Positions 11,663 to 22,530 of a stretch of DNA of 64,000 nt are shown here, in pieces. The notes beneath the pieces were generated by a model. It made no database searches, was not told the origin of the DNA, and was given only the letters and a program-made list of their open reading frames with translations. Position 1 is the first letter of the stretch, and each line of letters opens with the position of its first letter. The stretch is from the NCBI GenBank assembly GCA_964019335.1, contig OZ025675.1, forward strand, positions 124,001-188,000, in the 5' to 3' direction. A program made the translations under genes and the position numbers. The DNA comes from Diplonema japonicum (taxonomy: Eukaryota; Protista; Euglenozoa: Diplonemea).

Positions 11663-11950
11663 ATGGGGCTTTGATTGCAACACTAGGTGGCGTTAAGCGT
11701 GCAACGAAGCACGAAATACCTACTTGATTACAGGGGGCGCTCCTCGGCCGAGCAGTAGCTTCTTCTGCGTTCCGCGTCGTGTCCTTAATGCATGCGGTGT
11801 GCTCAACCCTAGCCGGGGCGTCCCGGGTAACCAAGATTCTGCGCTCATGCAGTTTGCTGCCTGTTCGTCACCCTGAGCATCTGCGATACGTTCTTCCACT
11901 CGGGCGCTACCGGTGATGACCGACGAGGAGGTCAACAGCGAACAACACAT
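11663..11950 (-). mobile_element. Dispersed repeat family R2, probable retroelement 3' end (also ~54696-54960, ~56072-56240, ~62168-62344)
   Basis: Four similar copies in the same orientation. The minus frame ends ...LLLGRGAPPVIK*, followed here by a stem-loop and a T-run. Confidence 0.7.
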
Positions 11951-12300
11951 CTGATGTACTTCTTATATTTCCATGTTATCCCCACCACCTTTAAAAAAAA
12001 AAAAAAAAAAAAAAAAGAGAGATGAGATAAAGGAGGTTCCTGTTTTGAAACGTCCCTAAAAAAAAAAAAAAAGAAGAGTTGAAATGCTTGGTTCCCCTAC
12101 CAACTTCAGAAGAAGTAATAAGGCACATGAAACAGACAGGGTTATTCAAGTTTCTTTTTTTAAGATCTCCGCTGCCTGGGATGGAAACCCCATGACCACG
12201 CGCACATAGGGCGGGGGGAATTATATGAGTTAAAGGAAGTCTTTGTGAGACGCCCCCAATTATTAATTCATACTTTCCCAGAGATCTGCGTGTCGTGGCT

Positions 12301-14424
12301 TCATAGTCTAGAGCTAACCCTACACACTACCGCCGGCTGATCACGTACAGTACATCTATAGCACACGCTTGTCATCTCGCCCACACTGTTGTCATCCAAA
12401 GCCGAGCAAACGGTAACTTGTTGAAACTGCACATCGTTGCTCTCCAGCTTCCCGAGATACGCGTAAAAACAGAAGGCATCGTCCTTAACAGCAGCCGAAC
12501 ACACCCACCTAGCTGTGTCTACACAAGCTCCAAGCACTGTCACGAACTTCTGTTTCCGGCACCCCACTGTCCCATACACTATTCTGCTAGACGAGAGCCC
12601 AATGGACATGCTGAAGTTGGGCCTCTCACACCTGTTCATTTGGACAATGAACGCTATGGAGCATTCAAGGTGATCAGCGCAGTTTCGTGAAGTGTTCCAC
12701 CCGACGGCAACCCTGCTTCCTTGCACGGAAAAGAGAACGCCGTTCGAGCGCTCAACGCACATCATCACCTTCGCCAACATTTCGTTTACAAGAGCAGCAG
12801 TAGATTCCCCCACCCTGAGGTCAACGTTGCCCACACAGGCTGACTGCCTTTCTTGCAGCTCAACATCAGTCTTCTGGAAGATACCTTCAGGTATCGATGA
12901 CAAGCCGCTGCTAGTTTTGACTAGCCTTCTGTCTTCTAAGCTTAGCTGCATCTTCTCTTCCATATATACTGCGCGCCCTTCCAGCTTCCTCGGGAGAAGC
13001 AAGTGCGATGCGACCCTTTCTGCCACACCATTCAGCCTCAGGTCACCCATCGGAATAGTTATGTATTCCAAGCCGGTGCCTATAACCAGATCCATGACCT
13101 GCTCAGTGACAGCAACAGCACCCCCAACACAGACCCCTTCCATCCGAGCCGCCTTGTTCACAGTGCTCCCGAAGTAGTCGTACCTGCCTGTCAAGGTGTT
13201 CAGCTGCACATCAACCTCACCAAAGTGAACACCAATCCGAACACGAAGCCCACACCAAGGACCGTCCTCATTCCGGGAACAGTGGCTAAGATTAAGAAGA
13301 TCAGCGGGCCAGTTGCCGCTTAGTAACTTCTCTTGTACAGATAAACCAAAGCCTACAGCATCGCTAGGCTCTTCAAAGGCCACCATGAAGGAGTCCCCAA
13401 TGGTCTTCACCTCGTACCCGTTGTGCTCAGAAAGACACTCCCGCATCACATTGTTGTGAACCTTCAGACCCTCAGTCATCCCCTCAGGGCAGGCCTCCCA
13501 TGTTGCCGTTGAACCTTGGATGTCGGTGAAGACAAGGGCGGCCTTCGCTGATTTCTGTCCGGGGACTAGGCTTTCGCGTGTGGCGCACTTGTGGTGGAGC
13601 TCGTCGAAGAGTGCGTCGGGGATGTAAGGGCGGTAGATGTTCAGGTGTTTGAGGATGTTCGTGAACTCGTCACGGAGCGCTTCGGGCAGCTTTGTTTCTT
13701 TTTTGATGATTGCCTCTGCCTCATCAAGGTCGAAGCGTGAGAAGGCCTTAGATATCTCCTCAGAGGCATGTATTACACTGTTCATCTTTTCCATTTCTCT
13801 GTGCATGCCCTGCGCAAATGTCTGCGTGAAGTAGAAATCAAGATAGAAGATAGAAAGCTGAGGCAGAGCTGTACTGATCGCAGCACCCATGTACACAGGA
13901 CAAGGCAGGTCTGAACAGGAACATACTTTCCCCCGTTCCTCCAGTGAGGTACCGCCGGGGAAGTCAAAAAGCCCGTACCTCGTAGAACGCTCTGTGGCCA
14001 CAGCAGAGATCCATAGAATTACAAGCACGAGCAAGTTACGGGAGACACGGGCGTCCACCCTGATCACCAGACAAAGATCGAGAAGAATGACGAAAGCCGA
14101 CCACATCGCTGGGGTGTTGTTCATATAGGCCACTAGATCGCTTAACAAAAAGCTCAGCGAGCTCATGTACAAGGTCACCTCCACAATGAGGTCAGAGCAC
14201 CTCTTCCACACCACCAAGCAGTAAATCCCTGCCAGAGACGCTACTACAGCGGGTATACCCTGCAGCTTCTTCAACGCTCGCTGATCGCTCGTTAACACCC
14301 ACATCAGTGTCACGGAAAAGTATAAGGAAAACCCTACAGCGTACGACAAAAAGAGTACTTTCTTTCTATAAATATCGCTGGCTGTGTCATCAGACACAGA
14401 GAGAAGACGTGTCAAGCATCCCAT
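12301..14424 (-). CDS. Multi-pass membrane adenylate cyclase, family B, catalytically complete (B1)
   Basis: Probable ATG at 14424 (MGCLTRLL). About 5-6 hydrophobic segments; intact VFTDIQGST / VKTIGD / YDYFGSTVNKAARME; degenerate second cyclase domain. Confidence 0.92.
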   Translation of the reverse strand: MGCLTRLLSVSDDTASDIYRKKVLFLSYAVGFSLYFSVTLMWVLTSDQRALKKLQGIPAVVASLAGIYCLVVWKRCSDLIVEVTLYMSSLSFLLSDLVAYMNNTPAMWSAFVILLDLCLVIRVDARVSRNLLVLVILWISAVATERSTRYGLFDFPGGTSLEERGKVCSCSDLPCPVYMGAAISTALPQLSIFYLDFYFTQTFAQGMHREMEKMNSVIHASEEISKAFSRFDLDEAEAIIKKETKLPEALRDEFTNILKHLNIYRPYIPDALFDELHHKCATRESLVPGQKSAKAALVFTDIQGSTATWEACPEGMTEGLKVHNNVMRECLSEHNGYEVKTIGDSFMVAFEEPSDAVGFGLSVQEKLLSGNWPADLLNLSHCSRNEDGPWCGLRVRIGVHFGEVDVQLNTLTGRYDYFGSTVNKAARMEGVCVGGAVAVTEQVMDLVIGTGLEYITIPMGDLRLNGVAERVASHLLLPRKLEGRAVYMEEKMQLSLEDRRLVKTSSGLSSIPEGIFQKTDVELQERQSACVGNVDLRVGESTAALVNEMLAKVMMCVERSNGVLFSVQGSRVAVGWNTSRNCADHLECSIAFIVQMNRCERPNFSMSIGLSSSRIVYGTVGCRKQKFVTVLGACVDTARWVCSAAVKDDAFCFYAYLGKLESNDVQFQQVTVCSALDDNSVGEMTSVCYRCTVRDQPAVVCRVSSRL

Positions 14425-14814
14425 TTTCCCCTTGATCCCGTGTGTTGAACTGGTTGGTGAGGTGGAATGTAAAGGGGGGGATAACATAAAAAGAAAATCA
14501 AATTATAACCGCTTGGTAAAGAAACACGTGACTAGAAAGTTCGCGAAGCTTACCATTTGTCATTTTTGCAAAACCAACCCTCCTAATGTTATGTGGTATC
14601 AAACGCTGTTTACACGCAGCAGCCACACCTACACACCTACACACCTACCCAACACCGTCACGAGCTTCTTTGTAGACTGCCAGAAAGCCTCATCGATGGG
14701 AACTCGAGTGTGGCACGTGACAATTTCCTTTTCAGCGTGTGCAGTCAGAATAATACAGATGTGTGTGAACAACGAAAATTTGCAAAGTTTTGCAGGCGTG
14801 TTAACACCCGCGCA

Positions 14815-16605
14815 TCAGTATGTTACTGACCTTGTCTCAACAGGGACCGCTCTGGTTATCAAGTGGGACATCATTTCAGCGTGTGGCTCATCTTTATATG
14901 ACTGGAGCAGTCCTAGCGCGGTCTGCTCCATCTTCTTGTCCTTCAAACACTGTTCCTGAAGGTACATCTTAGCTGCCTCGTTGTAGTCCGCCCACTTCCC
15001 TGCCTTCGAGTTCTGCAGCTCATACATCCATTCATTACCATTTTCTTCTTGCTTTATTATGCTTTGTACCTTTCTTAGTGCGTTCCTGCCCGGATCAAAT
15101 GACAGTCCCAAACTCTCTCCCTCGATGATGATCTCCCACAAGGCTTGCACTTTAGATGTTCTTCCTTTCACGAAGGTGACCGCCTTGAGGACAATGCGTA
15201 TTTCTTGCGTGACAGAAGCGTCAGAGTAAGTAAGGGAGTTGCACACAACCCCAATACCCCACTCCGCACCGAGCCTCTCGTACACAGATGACAGCACAGC
15301 AGCATGACCATGAATGCTGAACCTCCTTACCTCATCGTTTCCAAGGTCACCCACCTGAACCCTTCCACTGCACACTGCCACGTTCACTTCCATTCCCAAT
15401 TCTAGCTTGCTGCGTCTTAGCATCACACCTGCTTTCACTGCCGCCACTGCGTGCTGTGCACACCTTTTTGATGCGTTGAACGAGGCGTGCACGTGGTCCC
15501 CGACGAACAGGTCCAGCATCCCCTTCTGTGAGCGAATCACGCGGAGTGCGAAGCCAACCAATCTTGAGTGCTGACTTATGAAATCTGTCGGATCGAACTC
15601 TGCTGCTGTAATCGAGTTTCTCATGTTCATAACCAACATAGTGGCTCGCGTGAACTCCAGTGACTTTTCACGTGTAGAGATAGACGAGGATCTGGCTGTA
15701 CTGATGTCGTTGTCTGGTGCAACGTCGCTTGCGGTCGACTCCTCGTCGCCCGTTCTAACGAAACAGGACTGCGGGAGGTACGGACGATACGAACGGAGAT
15801 TGGTTAGAATATTCTGCAGCACCTCATGAAGTCCCTTAGGGACCTCGTCTTCCGAGCTGAGCAGGCGGTCGCTCGCTTCGTCGAGCTGGAATTCTGCAAG
15901 GAACGTCGCAACACCGTGGGCAGTGAGGATACCGAGTTCCAGCTTATGCTTCTCAGCGAGAACCTCTTGAGCGAAGCCTCTTGTGAAGTGGAAGTCGAGG
16001 AGGAAGATGGACAGCATGAGGAAAAGAACTAAGGCAGCCTCATCAATCCCAATCTTGCAGGGCAGCTTTGCGCATGAACAAACTCTTTCGAAACGGTACG
16101 GGTGGTTACCAAGAAAGCTCCCGGAGTTACCTACCTCAATGTCGAGGAGGCCAAAGCGGAAGGACTCTTCGATGCTCGTGAATAAGAACCACAAGCATAG
16201 GCAGCTTACAACAACCTTTGTTGCGTGAGCCCTGACCCTACACACGAGAAAGATGTCAATCACGACGACTGTCAAGGCCCAAACCCGTGGTAACATCGCG
16301 CCCATTGAGTTGATATCCACAAGGATAATCGCTATCAAATCACAGTACCCCACGGATTCTATCAGCAAGTCGCTGGGGTTCTTTGTGACGAATAATATTA
16401 CCAAGCCTGCACCGCTCGACAGAACTGCCAGAAAAGCAGCTATATATGCCACCGTGAAGCCTACCGTAGGTATCGCCAGAATCCCCATTGTGAAGCTCGC
16501 ACCGAAGAAGTAAACAACAACCTGCTTCCTCTTCGCCATCACCTCATCGTCGTCTGGGAGCTCGAGCTTGCTGACCAGCCAGTTGTGAAAATTGTTACAA
16601 CACAT
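14815..16605 (-). CDS. Multi-pass membrane pseudo-cyclase, family B (B2)
   Basis: 596 aa, TM region homologous to B1. Cyclase-fold motifs are degenerate (LVMNMRNS, LDLFVGD, RFSIHGHAAVLSSVYE); EWMYEL motif present. Confidence 0.88.
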   Translation of the reverse strand: MCCNNFHNWLVSKLELPDDDEVMAKRKQVVVYFFGASFTMGILAIPTVGFTVAYIAAFLAVLSSGAGLVILFVTKNPSDLLIESVGYCDLIAIILVDINSMGAMLPRVWALTVVVIDIFLVCRVRAHATKVVVSCLCLWFLFTSIEESFRFGLLDIEVGNSGSFLGNHPYRFERVCSCAKLPCKIGIDEAALVLFLMLSIFLLDFHFTRGFAQEVLAEKHKLELGILTAHGVATFLAEFQLDEASDRLLSSEDEVPKGLHEVLQNILTNLRSYRPYLPQSCFVRTGDEESTASDVAPDNDISTARSSSISTREKSLEFTRATMLVMNMRNSITAAEFDPTDFISQHSRLVGFALRVIRSQKGMLDLFVGDHVHASFNASKRCAQHAVAAVKAGVMLRRSKLELGMEVNVAVCSGRVQVGDLGNDEVRRFSIHGHAAVLSSVYERLGAEWGIGVVCNSLTYSDASVTQEIRIVLKAVTFVKGRTSKVQALWEIIIEGESLGLSFDPGRNALRKVQSIIKQEENGNEWMYELQNSKAGKWADYNEAAKMYLQEQCLKDKKMEQTALGLLQSYKDEPHAEMMSHLITRAVPVETRSVTY

Positions 16606-16777
16606 GGCTCCTTGCTTGGCAAACCTTGGTATAAAGTATGTACGGAGCTACGGGGAAGAGAAAAAAAAAAAAGAAGAAGAAAACTAAACCTGGGGAGGAA
16701 TGACATCATGCCATGAATTGATTTGATTTGATTTAAAGAGTCAGAGCGTGGAAACGCTGCTTTGCTACTATCTTCCA

Positions 16778-18541
16778 TCAATAGGCCTGTCTGTGTCGTT
16801 CTACCGTAATACCTTCTTTTATAAAATGCAGCACTGCTTCAGCAACGGGTTCACTGTAGTAGCTTTTTAAAAGGCCTACTGCTATTTGCTGCTGTCTGCT
16901 ATCGCTGAAGCACTTCTCATGAAGGTACATCTTCGCCGCATCGTTGTAGTTCGCCCAGTACTCTGCCTTGGACCCTTCTATCTGGTACATCCATTCCGCA
17001 ACAACTTCTGGCTTGGGAAGCTCGCTTTGTGCTGAAATACTGTTCTCAAGCGTCATCGGTACGTAATTGTCATGTCTAGCCTCCCACAAGAAAGCGTCGG
17101 TCTCTTTCCCATGCTTCACAAAGGTGACCGCCTTGAGGACAATGCGCATCTCCAGCGTGACAGAGGCGTCCATGTAGGCAGCAGTGTTGCACACAACCCC
17201 AATGCCCCACTCCGCACCAAGTCTCTCGTACACAGACGACAGCACAGCAGCATGACCATATATACTGAACCTCCTTACCTCATCGTTTCCAAGGTCACCC
17301 ACCTGAACCCTTCCACTGCACACTGCCACGTTCACTTCCATGTCCTTCTCAAGTTTCCCACGCCTTAATGTTGTGGCTGCCTTCACCCCTGCCAACGCAT
17401 GCTGTGCGCATTTCTTTGATGCGTTGAACGAGGCGTGCACGTGGTCCCCGACGAACAGGTCCAGCATCCCCTTCTGTGAGCGGATCACGCGGAGTGCGAA
17501 GCTGATCACCCTGGAGTGAAGATTGGTGAAGTCAACAGGGCATGCACCAGCTGCTACAATTGAATCTCTCATGTTCATCACCAGCATCGTGGCATGTACA
17601 TGGGTCAGCGAAAGCAGCGACGTCTCAATCGGGAACTCCAGGGGCGATGAGGTATTGGGCTGCATGAAACACTGTGAAGCACTGCCATCCGAGCTTTCTA
17701 GCTCATTGTCGTGCAGGCAGGACTGGGGGAGGTACGGTTTGTACGACTGGAGGTTGACGAGTATCGTGTGCAGCGCTTCGAAGAGCTTGTCAGGGAGGTC
17801 AGCCTCAGAAGCGTGCAGGGTTGTCCCCGCCTCGTCAAGTTGGAAACAGGCAAGGAAGGAGGCGACGTCGCGTGCTGCGAGGACACCCAGTTCGAGTTTC
17901 CGTTTCTCGGAGAGAACCTCATCCGCGAAGCCTCTTGTGAAGTAGAAATCGAAACATACACAACAAATCATGACACAGAAGGTGATTAGAGGATTACCTA
18001 AATAACTTGACGTACAAGGGAGGCGAGTGCAGCTACAAGCCTCTCTATAACGATAGGTTTGACCACCATTGAAAGCATCACCACCAATGTCAAGGAGGCC
18101 AAAGCGGAGCAACTCTTCCAATACTGTGAGAATGAGCCACAAGCAGAGACACATCATGAGCAGAACCGCCGACCTTCGTCTGACTCTGCACACGAGCATA
18201 ACGTTCACGACAATAACTGACAAGGGCCACGCCCTCTGCAGCATGGCACCCATGTTGTTGTAGTCCAACATGCATATCGAAGCAAGGTCCAGGAAACACA
18301 TCGCCTCGATAAAGGCTTCAGAGGGCTTCTTCTTGACAAACAGCCAGACGGAAGCAAAAGCGTTAGCTGTCGCACATAACAACGAGGCAGCCTTTCCAGA
18401 ATTAAACCCACACGCAAAGAACCCAACAATCCCAAACATTGCCGGTAGCAGATAGAACCATACAAGAACCCTCTTCCTTTTCACCATCATCTCATCGTCG
18501 TCGGGGAGAGCGATCTTGCTCACTACCCACGTGTGCAACAT
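16778..18541 (-). CDS. Multi-pass membrane pseudo-cyclase, family B (B3)
   Basis: ATG at 18541 (MLHTWVVSK) chosen by alignment with paralogues; same architecture as B2. Confidence 0.88.
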   Translation of the reverse strand: MLHTWVVSKIALPDDDEMMVKRKRVLVWFYLLPAMFGIVGFFACGFNSGKAASLLCATANAFASVWLFVKKKPSEAFIEAMCFLDLASICMLDYNNMGAMLQRAWPLSVIVVNVMLVCRVRRRSAVLLMMCLCLWLILTVLEELLRFGLLDIGGDAFNGGQTYRYREACSCTRLPCTSSYLGNPLITFCVMICCVCFDFYFTRGFADEVLSEKRKLELGVLAARDVASFLACFQLDEAGTTLHASEADLPDKLFEALHTILVNLQSYKPYLPQSCLHDNELESSDGSASQCFMQPNTSSPLEFPIETSLLSLTHVHATMLVMNMRDSIVAAGACPVDFTNLHSRVISFALRVIRSQKGMLDLFVGDHVHASFNASKKCAQHALAGVKAATTLRRGKLEKDMEVNVAVCSGRVQVGDLGNDEVRRFSIYGHAAVLSSVYERLGAEWGIGVVCNTAAYMDASVTLEMRIVLKAVTFVKHGKETDAFLWEARHDNYVPMTLENSISAQSELPKPEVVAEWMYQIEGSKAEYWANYNDAAKMYLHEKCFSDSRQQQIAVGLLKSYYSEPVAEAVLHFIKEGITVERHRQAY

Positions 18542-18664
18542 CGTACTCTTCTGTGTTTTCCCTTTTATGTCGGTGATGAAATATAAATGGAGTCGACGAT
18601 GGAACACCCCGCAACACTATGAAAGAAATGGGCATGGAAACACCCTTTCATTCTATATTATTGC

Positions 18665-20437
18665 TCAATACGTCTGCCGGTGCCTTTCCACCGGAACCTT
18701 CTTCGAAACGAAGTGTGACACGATCTCGGCAAGGGGCTCGTTCTTATACGTTGCAAGAAGTCCTTGCGCCGTGCGTTCCGCCTTTTCGTCCTCGAAGCAT
18801 TTCTCATGAAGGTACATCTTCGCCGCCTCATTGTAGTTCGCCCAGTACCCTGCCTTCGACCCCTGTAGTGAGTACATCCACTCTTCGTTGGTGTCTTTGG
18901 CGGCGCTCTTTGAATTGCTGGCCTCAAGATGCAAAGACTGCGACACATTGAGTGCCTCCCACAAGAAAGCCTCTGTTCCGTTCCCATGCTTCACAAAGGT
19001 GACCACCTTGAGGACAATGAGCATCTCCAGCGTGACAGAGGCGTCCATGTAGGCAGCAGTGTTGCACACAACCCCAATGCCCCACTCCGCACCGAGCCTC
19101 TCGTACACAGATGTCAGCACAGCAGCATGACCATATATACTGAACCTCCTTACCTCATCGTTTCCAAGGTCACCCACCTGAACCTTCCCACTGCACACTG
19201 CCACGTTCACTTCCATGTCCTTCTCAAGTTTCCCACGCCTTAATGTTGTGGCTGCCTTCACCCCTGCCAACGCATGCTGTGCGCATTTCTTTGATGCGTT
19301 GAACGAGGCGTGCACGTGGTCCCCGACGAACAGGTCCAGCATCCCCTTCTGTGAGCGGATCACGCGGAGTGCGAAGCTGATCACCCTGGAGTGAAGACTG
19401 GTGAAGTCAGCAGGGTCTGCTTCCATGGCACTGGTGGAATGCTTTATGTTCATCACCAGCATCGTAGCCCGAGCGGGTGAAAGCATCTGCACCACTAATG
19501 ACTCAGAGAGAGCAGGGGTGACCCGTGGTGACCCTGATGCAGTGGACTGCTTGCTGCTATGCGACAGGCCACTGACGTCGTCTGCCTGGTCCGACTGGTC
19601 ATGCTGCAGGCAGGACTGGGGGAGGTACGGTTTGTACGACTGGAGGTTGACGAGTATCGTGTGCAGCGCTTCGAAGAGCTTGTCAGGGAGGTCAGCCTCA
19701 GAAGCGTGCAGGGTTGTCCCCGCCTCGTCAAGTTGGAAACAGGCAAGGAAGGAGGCGACGTCGCGTGCTGCGAGGACACCCAGTTCGAGTTTCCGTTTCT
19801 CGGAGAGAACCTCATCCGCGAAGCCTCTTGTGAAGTAGAAATCTAATAAGAAAATAGAAACCATGATTACAAAGGTAAGCGTAGAGCTCAAGAAGCTCCT
19901 TTTGCACGGCATCGCAGAGCACATGCAGGTGTTCTCGTAACGGTATACGTGATCGCCGTTGAAGTTAGCGTCGCCGATGTCAAGGAGGCCGAAGCGGGTG
20001 ATCTGCTCTATGGTGGTGACGAAAAGCCACACAGAGAGCGCGATCAAAACACCATAAGAGGACCGTCGCCGAACCCGGCACACCAGCAGCACGTCCACAA
20101 TAATGACGGCGAACGGCCATAACCTCGGCAGTATCGCACCCATATTGTTATAGTCCGTGAGGAAAACAACACAAAGTTCCGCGTAGCCTACAATCTCTAT
20201 GAAAGTATCAGAAGGCTTCTTGTTCACGAACAGCCAGGTAAGCCCCGAGAGGCTGACGACTATGATCGCGATACACGCGATGAGCGCAGAGGTGAACTCC
20301 GTAATGAAAATCCCAGATATACCGAAAAACAAGGGAATGAAAAAAAGCCATAGAAGCACCTTCTTGCGCTTCGCCATCACCTCATCGTCGTCGGGGAGGG
20401 CGAGCTTGCTGATAAGCCAACGGTGCAGACACATCAT
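18665..20437 (-). CDS. Multi-pass membrane pseudo-cyclase, family B (B4, mosaic)
   Basis: ATG at 20437 (MMCLHRWL). 3' part identical to B6, middle block identical to B3. Confidence 0.88.
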   Translation of the reverse strand: MMCLHRWLISKLALPDDDEVMAKRKKVLLWLFFIPLFFGISGIFITEFTSALIACIAIIVVSLSGLTWLFVNKKPSDTFIEIVGYAELCVVFLTDYNNMGAILPRLWPFAVIIVDVLLVCRVRRRSSYGVLIALSVWLFVTTIEQITRFGLLDIGDANFNGDHVYRYENTCMCSAMPCKRSFLSSTLTFVIMVSIFLLDFYFTRGFADEVLSEKRKLELGVLAARDVASFLACFQLDEAGTTLHASEADLPDKLFEALHTILVNLQSYKPYLPQSCLQHDQSDQADDVSGLSHSSKQSTASGSPRVTPALSESLVVQMLSPARATMLVMNIKHSTSAMEADPADFTSLHSRVISFALRVIRSQKGMLDLFVGDHVHASFNASKKCAQHALAGVKAATTLRRGKLEKDMEVNVAVCSGKVQVGDLGNDEVRRFSIYGHAAVLTSVYERLGAEWGIGVVCNTAAYMDASVTLEMLIVLKVVTFVKHGNGTEAFLWEALNVSQSLHLEASNSKSAAKDTNEEWMYSLQGSKAGYWANYNEAAKMYLHEKCFEDEKAERTAQGLLATYKNEPLAEIVSHFVSKKVPVERHRQTY

Positions 20438-20675
20438 TTTCAACAAAAACCTTAAAGCCCTCCGGGCCTTTTCAAAAATTTAGGTTTAAAAAAGAAAAAG
20501 AGACTATTTAAAAAAAGGAACTCTTCGAAAGAACATTCATGTAGCCATTGATGGCATCGGGAAATTATGCAAATCTGATCTTATGTGTCGCAATGCAGGA
20601 GACCTTCAAGCAGGGCTTTTAACTTGAAGATCTCCAGCGGGCACCACAGTGTGTAAACACTGTGATGTTCGCTTT

Positions 20676-22418
20676 CTATATCAGCTGCCGCCTCTTTTCC
20701 AAGGGAGCATTGCTTGAAATAAAGTGCGTTACTATGTCAACGAGTGGCTCGTTTTTGTATTCAGCAAGCAGCCCAAGAGCAGTGTGCTCTACTTGCTTGT
20801 TTTGGAAACACTTCTGTTGTAAATACATCTTCGCCGCCGCGTTGTAGTTCGCCCAGTACCCCACCTTCGAGTCCTGCAGCGCGTACATCCACTCATCCTT
20901 GTCTAATGGAATACAACCGAGACTATCAACTTCCATGCTACCTTCTATTAATTCCCACAAGAAAGCCTCTGTCTCTTGCCCATGTTTCACAAAGGACACT
21001 GACCTGAGGACAATGCGCATCTCCTGCGTGACAGAGGCGTCCGAGTAAGAGAAGGTATTGCACACAACCCCAATGCCCCACTCCGCACCGAGCCTCTCGT
21101 ACATTGATACAACGAGCGGAGTTATGCCGTAAATACTGAACCTCCTTATCTCGTTGCTCCCAAGGTCTCCCACCTGAACCTTCCCACTGCACACGGCAAT
21201 GTTTGTATCTATATTCTTATGTTCTTCTTTCCTAAGTAACTTAGCTGCTTTCACTGCTGAAAGTGCGTGCTGTGCGCACTTTCTAGACGCGTTGAAAGAG
21301 GCGTGCACGTGGTCCCCGACGAACAGGTCCAGCATCCCTTTCTGTGAGCGGATCACGCTCAGTGCCCTGCAAATCATGCGCGAGTGTGTGGACACGAAAT
21401 CTGCAGGGTCGTTTTCCGCAGCCTTTATCGAGCCTTTCATGTTCATCAACAGCAACGTTGCTCGCGTGGATCCGAGAGAAGCCTCCGCGAGTAGCGTGGA
21501 TGTTGTTGAACATCGCATCTCAGCTGTATTATTTTGGACGGACTGTGGTTCGTTCTCGACCTCTGAGGATTCTGAAATTAAAGTCGCAGCCTCACCGTCG
21601 ACAAGACAGCTCTGCGGGAGGTACGGCTTGTAAGACTGCAGATTGATCAGAATGGAGAACAATGCATCATACAACTTATCCGGAAGACAGGCCTCGGAAG
21701 AGGACAGGATTGCGTTGGCTTCTTCGAGTTTGAACGTTGCAAGGAAGGCGGCGATGTCGCGTGCCGAAAGGACAGCGAGTTCCAGCTTTTGTTTCTCAGC
21801 GAGAACCTCTTCAGAGAAGCCTCTTGTGAAATGGAAGTCGAGGAGGAACACGGCGCACATAGTCGACAATGAGGCTGCGGTGCCAATGGCGTTCCTCGCA
21901 CACGGTAGGTTATCACACTCGCAAGTGTATTTAAAACGATATTCGTGATCGCCGTTGAATTCTGCGCCGCCGAAGTCGAGGAGGCCGAAGTGAGTGGCCT
22001 GTTCAACGCTAGTAAGAACCAACCAGAATATCAGCGTCACGATGACAATAACAGTCGATTTCTTCTTCACCCTGCAGACCAACAACACATCGACAACAAT
22101 AACGGCAAGCGCCCACTGTCTGGGATACATCAATCCCATAGTGCTGTAGTCAAAGAGAATAATGCTCACTATGTCCGCAAAGCCTGCCACTTCAATCAGC
22201 GTATCAGTTGGATTCTTGCTTCTGAAGAGGTACACCATGCAGCATCCGTTCACCACAGTCGCAATGACTGAGGCACACCGTGAGCTGTTAAAATTCGAAA
22301 ACAGCAGACCGAGCACCCCCATCAACATGGGTGCAAAGAAGAACCACTCGAGGACCTTCTTTCGCTTGGTGGTCACCTCGTCATCGTCGGGGTGGGCAAT
22401 CTTGTTGTAGAACCACAT
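20676..22418 (-). CDS. Multi-pass membrane pseudo-cyclase, family B (B5)
   Basis: ATG at 22418 (MWFYNKIAHPDDDEV) by alignment; same degenerate cyclase motifs. Confidence 0.87.
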   Translation of the reverse strand: MWFYNKIAHPDDDEVTTKRKKVLEWFFFAPMLMGVLGLLFSNFNSSRCASVIATVVNGCCMVYLFRSKNPTDTLIEVAGFADIVSIILFDYSTMGLMYPRQWALAVIVVDVLLVCRVKKKSTVIVIVTLIFWLVLTSVEQATHFGLLDFGGAEFNGDHEYRFKYTCECDNLPCARNAIGTAASLSTMCAVFLLDFHFTRGFSEEVLAEKQKLELAVLSARDIAAFLATFKLEEANAILSSSEACLPDKLYDALFSILINLQSYKPYLPQSCLVDGEAATLISESSEVENEPQSVQNNTAEMRCSTTSTLLAEASLGSTRATLLLMNMKGSIKAAENDPADFVSTHSRMICRALSVIRSQKGMLDLFVGDHVHASFNASRKCAQHALSAVKAAKLLRKEEHKNIDTNIAVCSGKVQVGDLGSNEIRRFSIYGITPLVVSMYERLGAEWGIGVVCNTFSYSDASVTQEMRIVLRSVSFVKHGQETEAFLWELIEGSMEVDSLGCIPLDKDEWMYALQDSKVGYWANYNAAAKMYLQQKCFQNKQVEHTALGLLAEYKNEPLVDIVTHFISSNAPLEKRRQLI

Positions 22419-22530
22419 GTTCTTTTTATGTCTCCCCTGTTGTGGAATAATAATGGCCAGCAGACAAAAGGCCGTAAGGCCATTAAAGAATACAAGAGCA
22501 TGGAAACACCCTTTCATTCTATATTATTGC

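Noticed and set aside
11913-11954. Box C (GTGATGA) and box D (CTGA) like motifs suggesting a snoRNA
   Set aside because: Only ~42 nt long, the D box is absent from the other R2 copies, and the segment lies in a minus-strand coding remnant.
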